A DNA stretch of 64,000 nt, from the NCBI GenBank assembly GCA_022402535.1, contig JAKRSD010000020.1, positions 221,341 through 285,340 on the forward strand, given 5' to 3'. This DNA comes from Flavobacteriales bacterium (lineage in GTDB: Bacteria > Bacteroidota > Bacteroidia > CAIKAF01). This document shows, in pieces, positions 39,539 through 49,254 of this stretch. Each line of letters begins with the position of its first letter. Positions within the stretch are counted from its first letter, which is position 1. Position numbers and translations under genes: made by a program. A model generated the notes under the pieces. It was not told where the DNA came from. It did no database searches and saw only the letters and a program-made list of their open reading frames with translations.

Positions 39539-40720
39539 ATGAAATACGTATTCCAAGGCAAATTAAAGATGGCGTCCTTCGCTCTGATGGGTATCGGACT
39601 CGTTGGTTTAATTGTCAGCTTCATCGTTTTTAAAGATAATACCCAAAGAGTTTGGGCAAATCTGTTGTTAAACTCCTTCTTTTTCACGGGAATCGCCGTA
39701 GCCGGTACTTTCTTTATTGCCGTAAACATTGTGGGTGAATCAGGATGGTATACTATGCTTAAGAGAATACCCGAAGCATTAGGACAATTTACCTACTTTG
39801 GTATGGCTGCTATATTAGCCGTTGTATTGGCAGGTGTATTTGGCGCACACCATATCTATGAATTTTTTGATCCCAAAGTGGTTGCTTCTGACAGCCTTAT
39901 TCAGGGTAAAATGGGCTATTTAAACACTCCCTTTTTTGTAGGTAGAATCGTAGCTTACTTTATCATTTGGGGAGGATTTGCTTATTTGCTTAGAAAATTT
40001 TCGTTGCAGGAAGAAGAATTAGGAGGCACATTTGACCATTATGTGAAAGTACGTAAATGGGCAGCCGGTTTCTTAATTTTGTTTGCTGTAACTTCTTCAA
40101 CTTCTGCATGGGATTTACTTATGTCTATTGATGTGCATTGGTTCAGCACCCTGTTTGGATGGTATATCTTCGCCGGAATTTTTGTATCTAGCATTTCCGC
40201 AACCATGTTACTCATGCTGCATCTGAACAAAAATGGTTATTTACCAAACTTAAACCTTAGTCACATACATGATATAGGTAAGTTTATGTTTGCCTTTTCG
40301 ATATTCTGGACTTATCTCTATTTTTCTCAATTTATATTGATATGGTACGCCAACGTACCCGAAGAAATCGTGTATTTCATGGAAAGATATGATACCAATT
40401 ACCGTCCTCTGGTATTATTGATGGTTGTCATGAATTTCGTATTGCCATTATTGGTTCTTATGACCCGTGATGCCAAAAGAAATTACAACCTTTTAACGGT
40501 AATGACTTTGTTGATTTTGGCAGGACATTGGTTAGATGTATTTCAAATCATCATGCCGGGTGCAGTAGCTGATAAGTGGGGTATTGGTTTACCTGAAGTA
40601 TCATGTCTGGCCTTGTTTGCCGGCTTATTTATCTTCGTGGTATTTACAGCCCTTACTAAAGCGAATGTAGAACCAACAAAAGCAACATTCTTGGACGAAA
40701 GCCGTCATCATCAAATTTAA
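39539..40720 (+). CDS. actF: ACIII subunit ActF (NrfD-like membrane subunit)
   Basis: Polytopic, NrfD-like, and in the canonical position after actE. Confidence 0.8.
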   Translation: MKYVFQGKLKMASFALMGIGLVGLIVSFIVFKDNTQRVWANLLLNSFFFTGIAVAGTFFIAVNIVGESGWYTMLKRIPEALGQFTYFGMAAILAVVLAGVFGAHHIYEFFDPKVVASDSLIQGKMGYLNTPFFVGRIVAYFIIWGGFAYLLRKFSLQEEELGGTFDHYVKVRKWAAGFLILFAVTSSTSAWDLLMSIDVHWFSTLFGWYIFAGIFVSSISATMLLMLHLNKNGYLPNLNLSHIHDIGKFMFAFSIFWTYLYFSQFILIWYANVPEEIVYFMERYDTNYRPLVLLMVVMNFVLPLLVLMTRDAKRNYNLLTVMTLLILAGHWLDVFQIIMPGAVADKWGIGLPEVSCLALFAGLFIFVVFTALTKANVEPTKATFLDESRHHQI

Positions 40721-40752
40721 TTTTACAAAACTGATTATAAATATTCGGTATC

Positions 40753-41994
40753 ATGATAGTAACAATTTTGTTTAGTCTTGTAATTCTTCTTACACTCATC
40801 AGCGTAGGAAAACTACTGAGCATAGGTGAGCTGATAAACAGAGTAAGAAATCGGGAGTCATATAAAATCACCGAAAGCGAAAATAACTGGAATGCTCTGC
40901 TGGCTTTATTCATGCTCTTTTTTGGGTACTTAATTTACTTCTACTTTCATTTTGAATATGTAGAAGGAGGAAAATTATTACCTGGTGCCGCATCGGTTCA
41001 CGGTGAAGCTATCGATAAACTACAAACCGTATCGTTTGTAATCATTTCCATCGCTTATCTCTTGGTACAACCAATTTTATGGTTTTTTGCTTTCAAATAC
41101 CGCTATAAAGAAGGGAATAAAGCCTATCACTATGCCCACAATAACAAGCTGGAAATGGTGTGGACTGTAATTCCTGCCATTGTATTTTGCGGTTTGATTT
41201 TTTATGGATTAAAAATTTGGAATGATACCCTTGGTAAAGAAATAGAAGGCGATAAACTTACTGTGGAATTGTATGCTAAACAATTTGATTGGACTGCTCG
41301 CTATGCGGGAAAAGATAAAGAATTAGGGGATGCAAATTATACGATGATTAATGACTTAAACAGTTTAGGAATCATTACTTCAGAAACGTTAGAAGTACAA
41401 TTTGAAAATATCAATACAAAACGTAACGAAGTACTTGCCAAACTAAACAACTTCCCCATTAAATCGGAATTAGCCGAACTAAAAAAGGAACTAACCCAAT
41501 ATAATCATCAATTACAGATGATTAACGGTTTAATCAAGAAGAATGAAGAGGCTAAATTTATTAAAGCGTATGATGACATCGTTATTGCTCCAGGCGGTGA
41601 AATTCACTTCCCGGTAGGAAAACCGATTGAACTCAAAATGCGTTCACAGGATGTAATTCACAGCGCATACATGCCTCATTTTCGTGTTCACATGTACTGT
41701 GTACCCGGTATGACAACCACATTTGGTTTCATTCCAACCATTACGAGTGCAGAGATGAAAGAAAAATTAAACAACCCTGCTTTTGATTATGTACTTTACT
41801 GTAACAATATCTGTGGTGCTGCTCACTTCAACATGCAAATGAAAATTGTGATTGAAACCGAAGAAGAATACGAAAGATGGCTTAAGAAACAGCCAACCTT
41901 TGCCGATTCATTCAACACAAAACCTGCTGAAGAAGCTCCCGCTGCAACAGATAGCACTAGCACAACGACTTCAGAGCCTGTAGCCAAACTATAA
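40753..41994 (+). CDS. coxB: cytochrome c oxidase subunit II
   Basis: Two N-terminal TM helices and the CuA site H...CNNICGAAHFNM (CxxxCGxxHxxM). It has a long coiled-coil insertion and no fused cytochrome c domain. Confidence 0.85.
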   Translation: MIVTILFSLVILLTLISVGKLLSIGELINRVRNRESYKITESENNWNALLALFMLFFGYLIYFYFHFEYVEGGKLLPGAASVHGEAIDKLQTVSFVIISIAYLLVQPILWFFAFKYRYKEGNKAYHYAHNNKLEMVWTVIPAIVFCGLIFYGLKIWNDTLGKEIEGDKLTVELYAKQFDWTARYAGKDKELGDANYTMINDLNSLGIITSETLEVQFENINTKRNEVLAKLNNFPIKSELAELKKELTQYNHQLQMINGLIKKNEEAKFIKAYDDIVIAPGGEIHFPVGKPIELKMRSQDVIHSAYMPHFRVHMYCVPGMTTTFGFIPTITSAEMKEKLNNPAFDYVLYCNNICGAAHFNMQMKIVIETEEEYERWLKKQPTFADSFNTKPAEEAPAATDSTSTTTSEPVAKL

Positions 41995-42037
41995 TTAGCA
42001 TAAATTGTTTCATACTTTTGAATATTAAAAATACGAA

Positions 42038-43867
42038 TTGTCCATGGCAGAAAGTTTAAATATCCCCGGAGTAGAATCGCACGCTCATGCCCATGAACAT
42101 CATGATGCACATCACGATCATCATGAGACCTTCCTGACAAAGTATATCTTTAGTCAGGATCATAAAATGATTGCCAAACAGTTTTTGGTTACATCCATCT
42201 TTATGGCATTTGTGGCATTCATCATGTCATTGTTTTTCCGTCTTCAACTTGCCTGGCCAAACCAGCCTTTTGAAATCATGGATATTTTCCTTGGGAAATG
42301 GTCCGATAACGGAATATTAGATCCGAATTTCTACCTTTCCTTAGTAACCATGCACGGTACCATCATGGTATTCTTTGTACTTACAGCGGGACTAACAGGT
42401 ACTTATGCTAACTTATTGATTCCTTACCAACTTGGGGTAAGAGATATGGTAAGCCCATTCATGAACATGCTTTCATTTTGGTTTTTTGCCGTATCTACAA
42501 TCATCATGTTGGTTTCCATTTTTGTAGAGTCCGGACCTGCTTCATCCGGTTGGACAATTTATCCTCCATTAAGTGCTTTACCTCAAGCCATTCCAGGCTC
42601 AGGTTTGGGAATGACTCTTTGGTTAGTTTCCATGGCGTTGTTCATTATTTCGTCTCTGTTAGGAGCGTTAAACTATGTGGCTACCGTGATTAACTGCCGT
42701 ACAAAAGGCATGAAAATGACCCGTATGCCACTTACCGTATGGACATTTATGACGGCGGCCATTCTGGGTATATTATCTTTCCCTGTACTTTTAGCGGCTG
42801 CACTCTTATTAATTTTTGACAGAAGCTTCGGTACTGCCTTTTTCTTGTCTGATATTTTTATCAGCGGACAAGCACTTGAGCAAACCGGTGGTTCTCCTGT
42901 ATTGTTCCAACACCTTTTCTGGTTCCTTGGTCACCCCGAAGTTTATATTGTACTTCTTCCTGCTTTGGGTATTGCTTCTGAAATTATTGCAACCATGTCG
43001 CGTAAACCGATTTTTGGTTACCGTGCTATGATTGCATCAGTTTTAGCGATTGCATTCCTTTCATTCATTGTATGGGGTCACCATATGTTTGTAACAGGTA
43101 TGGATCCTTTCCTTGGTTCAGTGTTCACCTTTACTACGCTTTTGATTGCCATACCGTCAGCGATTAAGGCCTTTAACTATATAACCACGCTATGGAAAGG
43201 AAATGTTATTCTTTCTCCGGGTATGTTGTTTGCCATTGGTATCGTATCTATGTTTATTTCCGGTGGTCTTACGGGAATTATTCTTGGAGACTCTGCGTTA
43301 GACATAAACGTACACCACACATACTTTGTAGTAGCACACTTTCACTTAGTAATGGGCGTAGCGGCATTGTTTGGTATTATTGCCGGTGTATACCACTGGT
43401 TTCCTAAATTATATGGAAGAATGATGAACAATAAATTAGGATATGTTCACTTCTGGATAACCATTATATCTGCTTATGGTGTGTTCTGGCCAATGCACTA
43501 TCTGGGACTTGCGGGTGTGCCCCGTAGATATTACAGCAATACAGCTTTCCCTATGTTTGATTCATTACAAGACATAAATGTGCTGATTACCATTTTCGTA
43601 ATTATAGGGGGAACAGCCCAACTTATCTTCCTTTACAATTTCATTTACAGTATTTTCAAAGGGCCTAAAGCACCACAAAATCCATGGAGAGCTACCACTC
43701 TGGAATGGACTACACCGGTAGAACACATTCACGGTAACTGGCCCGGTGAAATTCCCGAGGTTCACCGCTGGCCTTATGACTATAGTGTACCTGGAGCAGA
43801 TGAAGACTTTATTCCTCAGAATGTTCCGCTTTCTGAAAAAGAAAAAGCAGAAAATACACATCACTAA
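42038..43867 (+). CDS. coxA: cytochrome c oxidase subunit I
   Basis: 12-TM heme-copper oxidase blocks WFLGHPEVYIVLLPALG and HFHLVMGVAALFG. The N-terminus is His-rich (HAHAHEHHDAHHDHHE). Confidence 0.95.
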   Translation: MSMAESLNIPGVESHAHAHEHHDAHHDHHETFLTKYIFSQDHKMIAKQFLVTSIFMAFVAFIMSLFFRLQLAWPNQPFEIMDIFLGKWSDNGILDPNFYLSLVTMHGTIMVFFVLTAGLTGTYANLLIPYQLGVRDMVSPFMNMLSFWFFAVSTIIMLVSIFVESGPASSGWTIYPPLSALPQAIPGSGLGMTLWLVSMALFIISSLLGALNYVATVINCRTKGMKMTRMPLTVWTFMTAAILGILSFPVLLAAALLLIFDRSFGTAFFLSDIFISGQALEQTGGSPVLFQHLFWFLGHPEVYIVLLPALGIASEIIATMSRKPIFGYRAMIASVLAIAFLSFIVWGHHMFVTGMDPFLGSVFTFTTLLIAIPSAIKAFNYITTLWKGNVILSPGMLFAIGIVSMFISGGLTGIILGDSALDINVHHTYFVVAHFHLVMGVAALFGIIAGVYHWFPKLYGRMMNNKLGYVHFWITIISAYGVFWPMHYLGLAGVPRRYYSNTAFPMFDSLQDINVLITIFVIIGGTAQLIFLYNFIYSIFKGPKAPQNPWRATTLEWTTPVEHIHGNWPGEIPEVHRWPYDYSVPGADEDFIPQNVPLSEKEKAENTHH

Positions 43868-43888
43868 ACTTTATACAAAACTCAATAA

Positions 43889-43920
43889 AAGGCTAACTTA
43901 AAAAGTTAGCCTTTTTTGTT
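43889..43920 (+). terminator. Rho-independent terminator after coxA
   Basis: GGCTAACTT-AAAAA-AGTTAGCC followed by TTTTTTGTTTT. Confidence 0.6.
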
Positions 43921-43960
43921 TTATAATTTTCTGTAGATTAGTGCATTAATTATCCTAACC

Positions 43961-44869
43961 ATGAATTATCAAACAACTCCGCCCCAATTAAATTTCAGAA
44001 AACAACCTAAAGTTTCTCAGGCAAATATTATTGCTGTTTTGCCACAAGGCCAAAGAGTAGAAAAAATAAGCGGAGGAACTACGGGATGGTGGAAAGTTAA
44101 AACAGAAATCGGCGGTAATACAGTTGAAGGCTATGTTTCTTCTTCTTATCTAAAAAAAATAAATGTCAAAGAATCAACCCCAGAACCTGAAATCATTTCA
44201 AGTAAAAAAATTCCAGCTGTTCATTTAAAAGAAAACGATCCGAGTGTTAAACGATCTAATACACGATGGGCATTTCCATTAGGTGAACCGGATATGCCAC
44301 GCAGAAAAACCGGAAATATTGAAGAAAAAATAAAATCAATTCATGAAGTTATCCAATTCCTGAATGTAGAAAAAAGTGCACGATATCAGCCTAAAACGTC
44401 CAGTACATACTGTAATATTTATGCATATGATTACAGTTATTTAACAGGTGCTTATATTCCAAGAGTTTGGTGGAGAAGTAAAGCCATAGAAAACTTAAGA
44501 AAAGGAGAAAAAGTTCAAGCGCTTTACGGAACAACTTTACAAGAGATGAATGCCAATGCGTTATTTAACTGGTTTGTGGATTATGGAAAAGAATTTAAAT
44601 GGAAACGTGTATTTGATTTAGAAACGTTGCAATTAGAAGCTAATAAGGGTAAAGTTTGTATAATCTGTGCAATAAGGGTAAACCAGAACGAATCCGGACA
44701 CATCGTGGCAGTAGTTCCAGAAACAAACGCACATAAAGCCTTACGTGTGGATAGCAAGGTTTCCATACCTCTGCAAAGTCAGGCGGGAAGAAATAACAAA
44801 AAGTACTTTACCCAAAACTGGTGGTCAAATTCCAAATATCGTGAGTTTGGTTTTTGGGTTCATGAATAA
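43961..44869 (+). CDS. SH3b-domain protein with a C-terminal putative papain-like (Tae4/CHAP/NlpC-like) Cys-His hydrolase domain, and no signal peptide
   Basis: Residues 1-65 match a bacterial SH3_3 domain (LNFRKQPKVSQANIIAVLPQGQRVEKISGGTTGWWKVKTEIGGNTVEGYVSSSYL). The C-terminal domain has the candidate nucleophile STYCNIYAYDYSYLTG and a His in a hydrophobic strand, ESGHIVAVV. The gene is AT-rich. Confidence 0.45.
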   Translation: MNYQTTPPQLNFRKQPKVSQANIIAVLPQGQRVEKISGGTTGWWKVKTEIGGNTVEGYVSSSYLKKINVKESTPEPEIISSKKIPAVHLKENDPSVKRSNTRWAFPLGEPDMPRRKTGNIEEKIKSIHEVIQFLNVEKSARYQPKTSSTYCNIYAYDYSYLTGAYIPRVWWRSKAIENLRKGEKVQALYGTTLQEMNANALFNWFVDYGKEFKWKRVFDLETLQLEANKGKVCIICAIRVNQNESGHIVAVVPETNAHKALRVDSKVSIPLQSQAGRNNKKYFTQNWWSNSKYREFGFWVHE

Positions 44870-44870
44870 C

Positions 44871-47033
44871 TTATCTGACTTCAGATCCCGGATTTATCAT
44901 GGTTTCAGATTTTACAAAAACCAGTTTACCATCCGCATCTTCTGCCATTAATATCATTCCCTGAGATTCAATTCCACGCATTTTTCTAGGGGCAAGATTT
45001 ACTAGGACTGTTACCTGTTTACCAATCACTTCTTCCGGCGTAAAATGTTCGGCAATTCCACTCAGAATGGTCCGTGTATCAATCCCTGTATTAACAGAAA
45101 GTTTGAGCAGTTTGTCGGCTTTAGGCACTTTTTCAGCATGAATAATCGTGCCTATGCGAATATCAATTTTTGAAAAATCATCAAACTGTATTTCGGGTTT
45201 GGAGGGAGAAATTAATTCCTTTTTTTGAGTTTGTGTAGAAATTGAGCCCTGTTTTCGATTCGTTTCTAATTTCTCTAGCTGAACAGAAATTTCATTTTCT
45301 TCCACCTTCTTAAAAAGTAATTCCAAAGGATTTAAAGAACCCGAAATATGCATGTAAGATTTATCTTTAAGTGATATCCACGATAATTCATTTAAATTAA
45401 GGGCAATTGCAAGCTTCTTGGACGTATGGGGCAAAAATGGAGCAATTAGAATTGCCAAAGCATTGGTTAATCTGGCTCCAACGAGCAAAGACTGTAAAGC
45501 AGCTTGTGGATTCTTTTTATAAGTCTTCCACGGCTCAGCCACTTGTAAAAATTTATTTCCGGCAGACGACAATTTCATGATTTCGGAAAGTGCAGCCCTA
45601 AATTCAAAATTTTCAATCTTAGAGGAAATTAATTCTATCTGTGTTTCAGAAAATGAATATAGCTCATCTTCTTCGGGCATTACATATAGAGGATTAGAAA
45701 CCGGAATTTTGCCATCGTTAAATTTATGAATAAGTACCATTACCCGATTCACAAAATTCCCCAGATTATTCACCAATTCATTATTCACCCTTGCCTGAAA
45801 ACTGTCCGTTGTATTATCCGTACCATCGTATTTCCAAATAAAATCATTGTCTTTGGTTTCGGGCATATTGGCCGTTAATACATACCTGAGTTCATCTTCT
45901 CTTCCGGGCATATCCTGCAGGTATTCATGCAGCCAAACCGCCCAATTTCGTGATGTAGAAATTTTATCCCCCTCCAGATTCAAAAATTCGTTGGCCGGCA
46001 CATTGGCAGGTAGTGTTAAATTCCCAAAAGACTTAAGCATGGAGGGAAAAATGATACAATGGAAAACAATGTTATCCTTTCCGATAAAATGAATCAAATT
46101 TGTTTTTCCTTCGGCCCAATAATCTTCCCAGGAGTTTCCCTTTACCCATTGTGGTTTTTGATTGGCTTTTTTATTGAAAAAATCTTTTGTGGCAGAAATA
46201 TAGCCGATTGGAGCATCAAACCAAACATATAGCATTTTACCTTCATGGCCTGGAATTTCAGCAGGAACGGGTACTCCCCATTTTAAATCGCGGGTTACAG
46301 CGCGAGGTTTGAGTTTATTTTCCCCTTCGCCCATCCAACTGAGACATTGACCCATTACGTTAGACTTCCACTCCCCTTTTTTACTCTCAATCCATTGCTT
46401 AAGCCATTCATCCTGATGTTTCCCTAAATCGATGTACCAATGCACGGTTTTACGTTTCACGGGTACAGCTCCTGATAGTTTAGATATAGGGTTGATTAAT
46501 TCTTCCGGGCTTAATGATTTACCGCATTTTTCACACTGATCGCCATAAGCATCGGGATTGGAGCAAGAAGGGCATGTTCCTACAATGTATCTGTCAGCCA
46601 AAAATTCATTGGCTTCCGGGTCAAAAAACTCTTCTGTCTCTTTTTCTATTAATTCCCCCTTTTTATACAAATCCAAAAAAAATGCGGAAGCAGTTTCTTT
46701 ATGTATATCTGCAGAAGTGCGGGAGTAAATATCAAAATCAATTCCGAAGGCATCGAAAGCGTTTTTCATGATAGCATGATATTTATCTACCACTTCCTGG
46801 GGGGATACACTCTCATTTTTAGCTTTTATGGTAATCGGAATACCATGTTCATCACTGCCACACACGAAAAGAACATCTTTACCCTTTAATCTCAGGTAAC
46901 GAACGTAAATATCAGCCGGTATGTAACAGCCTGCCAAATGACCGATATGTACGGGTCCGTTGGCATAAGGCAAAGCCGCGGTTACTGTGTAACGATTTAT
47001 GGTATTTGATTCCAAAACGACAGATTTTTGCAA
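44871..47033 (-). CDS. metG: methionine--tRNA ligase with a C-terminal EMAP/tRNA-binding domain
   Basis: HIGH motif PYANGPVHIGH, zinc knuckle CPSC...CEKC, a KMSKS-like KISTS, and a C-terminal OB domain (IDIRIGTIIHAEKVPKADKLLKLSV). Confidence 0.9.
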   Translation of the reverse strand: MQKSVVLESNTINRYTVTAALPYANGPVHIGHLAGCYIPADIYVRYLRLKGKDVLFVCGSDEHGIPITIKAKNESVSPQEVVDKYHAIMKNAFDAFGIDFDIYSRTSADIHKETASAFFLDLYKKGELIEKETEEFFDPEANEFLADRYIVGTCPSCSNPDAYGDQCEKCGKSLSPEELINPISKLSGAVPVKRKTVHWYIDLGKHQDEWLKQWIESKKGEWKSNVMGQCLSWMGEGENKLKPRAVTRDLKWGVPVPAEIPGHEGKMLYVWFDAPIGYISATKDFFNKKANQKPQWVKGNSWEDYWAEGKTNLIHFIGKDNIVFHCIIFPSMLKSFGNLTLPANVPANEFLNLEGDKISTSRNWAVWLHEYLQDMPGREDELRYVLTANMPETKDNDFIWKYDGTDNTTDSFQARVNNELVNNLGNFVNRVMVLIHKFNDGKIPVSNPLYVMPEEDELYSFSETQIELISSKIENFEFRAALSEIMKLSSAGNKFLQVAEPWKTYKKNPQAALQSLLVGARLTNALAILIAPFLPHTSKKLAIALNLNELSWISLKDKSYMHISGSLNPLELLFKKVEENEISVQLEKLETNRKQGSISTQTQKKELISPSKPEIQFDDFSKIDIRIGTIIHAEKVPKADKLLKLSVNTGIDTRTILSGIAEHFTPEEVIGKQVTVLVNLAPRKMRGIESQGMILMAEDADGKLVFVKSETMINPGSEVR

Positions 47034-47079
47034 AGGTAACAGACCTTCTGAATATAAAGGAAAGTACAGAAAACGAAAA

Positions 47080-47155
47080 AGACTTTGTCATTTTGATTCA
47101 GTTGCGGATTGCCTTAAAGGATCCACGCCCAAAAACGACAAAGTCTTTTTCAACT
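47080..47155 (-). promoter_or_regulatory. long perfect inverted repeat (15-bp arms, about 48-nt loop) in the metG leader/LexA-like 3' region
   Basis: AAAAAGACTTTGTC...GACAAAGTCTTTTT. Read on the minus strand the second arm is followed by a T-rich stretch. Its function is unclear; it could be a terminator for the upstream gene or a leader structure. Confidence 0.3.
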
Positions 47156-47363
47156 CTCTCTTAGTTCAGGGTAGAACTAAAAAATGTCTTGGTGAAGAGG
47201 ACACAGAGAGGGCCCTTTTCATTAATCATAAGAAACTTCTAATTAATAAAAAATTAAGGCGATTCAAATTTAGTACATTCAACCGGTACATTAAAACAAA
47301 ATAGTTGTTTTAACAAGAATTTTATGAAAATTACCTAATTCAGGGGATAAAAAAGGAAATTCA

Positions 47364-48179
47364 TCAAAATAGTTTACTTTGCACATCATTTAACTCTTTC
47401 TTCATTTCAGACATTTCACGTTGAATAGATAGTACGGTATTAGTGAGTTGTTTCTGATTTATATTGGGCTCAGGCAATACTTCACTGATATAATTAACGA
47501 ACTCCCAGATTTCCAGTATGTTATTTATTGAAACCTCATACGGCTGATATATGGGATTTGTAGAGCAAAGCAACAACGTGCCTGAGGATTCAATTCTATT
47601 AAATAATGTTTTAAAAACAATTCCATCCTCTTGTGTAACAACAATATAGGGCTTACCATCTTTAATATCAGACCAGTTTTCGACATATTTTCCGGTAACC
47701 CAAGAACCGTCGGAAACGGGTGGCATACTGTCGCCCGAAATTTGAAAAGCCCGGTATTTTCTTTCTTTACTTAAAAAAGGTAGCCTGAAAGTGGGCAATA
47801 TTTTAATAAACTCAGGGTCGGCAAAACCACCTGTGTACCCTGCTTTTGCTCTAACCGGCACAAGTTCAATATTTTCCTCTTCATCAGAATTAACTGTAGT
47901 GACTACTACCCGCAGATGTTTGCCGGCAATATCCACCTCTCCTGCAATCTCTAATTCTCTGATTTTACTTTCGGGAAAACGGCTGATGTCCTGCTTAATT
48001 AAGATATCAATGGGAATTTTAAAATACTCAGATATTTTAACTAGGGTTTCAAAACCCGGCTCAGAAACCCCTTGTTCATAGGCGCTCCATGTTGTACGTT
48101 TTACCCCTAAAGCGCCTGCGGATTCATCTTGTGAGCGATTTCTTCGCTTTCTAAGATACTTAAGATTTGCTGCGAACAT
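47364..48179 (-). CDS. LexA-like repressor (XRE-type HTH plus S24 peptidase domain)
   Basis: N-terminal HTH (LKYLRKRRNRSQDESAGALGVKRTTWSAYEQG), and the S24 Ser/Lys dyad context (FQISGDSMPP ... GIVFKTL). There is a C-terminal extension of about 60 aa. Confidence 0.7.
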   Translation of the reverse strand: MFAANLKYLRKRRNRSQDESAGALGVKRTTWSAYEQGVSEPGFETLVKISEYFKIPIDILIKQDISRFPESKIRELEIAGEVDIAGKHLRVVVTTVNSDEEENIELVPVRAKAGYTGGFADPEFIKILPTFRLPFLSKERKYRAFQISGDSMPPVSDGSWVTGKYVENWSDIKDGKPYIVVTQEDGIVFKTLFNRIESSGTLLLCSTNPIYQPYEVSINNILEIWEFVNYISEVLPEPNINQKQLTNTVLSIQREMSEMKKELNDVQSKLF

Positions 48180-48248
48180 GATTATGACAATTTTTTTGGA
48201 GAAATATACGCCAAAAATTTAGTCAAAAAAGAGGAGAACACAAAAAAG

Positions 48249-48273
48249 GGAGATGAAATTCATCTCCCTTACA
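48249..48273 (-). terminator. Rho-independent terminator of sod
   Basis: AAGGGAGATG-AAAT-TCATCTCCCTT is a perfect 10-bp stem, with a T-run on the minus strand (preceded by AAAAAA on the plus strand). Confidence 0.6.
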
Positions 48274-48290
48274 AAGAATTATACGAAACA

Positions 48291-48902
48291 TTATTTCATC
48301 GCTGCTGAAAATCTTCTTGAAACTTCATCCCAATTAATCACATTCCAAAATGCGGATACATAATCAGGGCGACGATTCTGATAGTGCAGATAATAAGCAT
48401 GTTCCCATACATCAATACCAAGAATAGGAAGTCCTTTACATTCGGCAATGTCCATTAATGGATTATCCTGATTGGGGGTAGAACACACACAAAGTGACTT
48501 ATCGTCTTTCACACAAAGCCATGCCCATCCTGAACCGAAGCGGGTTGCTGCAGCTTGAGCAAACTGGGTTTTAAAATCTTCGAATGAACCAAACTGTTTA
48601 GTAATGGCTTCCGCCAACTCACCTTGAGGTGAACCTCCCGCATTGGGGGCCATAATGTTCCAAAACAGGCTGTGATTATAGTGACCACCGCCATTATTTC
48701 TTACAGCCATCGGATATTTTGAAATATTACGGCAGATTTCTTCAATAGAAAGGGATTCTGCCTCTGTGCCCGCTATGGCGTTATTTAGATTGGTTACATA
48801 CGCCTGATGATGCTTTGAATGATGGATTTCCATGGTACGTGCATCCACGTGGGGTTCTAGTGCCGCATATTCGTAAGGCAATTTTGGAAGTTCAAATGAC
48901 AT
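48291..48902 (-). CDS. sod: Fe/Mn superoxide dismutase
   Basis: Begins [36 protein letters not shown], with the metal ligand His residues and D..WEHAYY near the C-terminus. Confidence 0.9.
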   Translation of the reverse strand: MSFELPKLPYEYAALEPHVDARTMEIHHSKHHQAYVTNLNNAIAGTEAESLSIEEICRNISKYPMAVRNNGGGHYNHSLFWNIMAPNAGGSPQGELAEAITKQFGSFEDFKTQFAQAAATRFGSGWAWLCVKDDKSLCVCSTPNQDNPLMDIAECKGLPILGIDVWEHAYYLHYQNRRPDYVSAFWNVINWDEVSRRFSAAMK

Positions 48903-48940
48903 ACTTTATTATTTATGGTTTAACATATTTAAAAGGTAAA

Positions 48941-48948
48941 CAAAGGTA
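48941..48948 (-). promoter_or_regulatory. -7 promoter element (TACCTTTG on the minus strand) for sod
   Basis: The plus strand reads CAAAGGTA, so the minus strand reads TACCTTTG, 39 bp upstream of the sod start. Confidence 0.35.
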
Positions 48949-49254
48949 GCCAATATAGGTTTACTACAAACAGGTGGAGGCGGTAAATAAAATTGAGTGG
49001 TAAGAAAAGCGTGTGCTTATAATGAAAAAGCGAACTTCATAAACTGAAATCCGCCTTTTTCATTAACCCCTATTTCCCCTTAAATGCTTTTTTTACAAAA
49101 GTGTATTTTCTCTTGTAATTCTTAATACAAAGGTATGGCGAGTAAAAGCCCCTTTAAAAATTTTAACGGGACAAAACCGGGACATTTCTAAAAGCCTGTT
49201 TATATGAATATTGTGTCGCTTTTGAAGATTGAATCAACCGTGATTTTTTTATCC

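Noticed and set aside
40753-41994. Considered whether the oxidase is caa3-type, with CoxB fused to cytochrome c
   Set aside because: CoxB has only the CuA cupredoxin domain and a coiled-coil insertion. There is no C-terminal CxxCH.
46999-47304. A 101-aa plus-strand ORF in the metG upstream region
   Set aside because: It is highly basic and low-complexity (KGKYRKRKR), overlaps the metG start and a hairpin-rich leader, and is probably non-coding.
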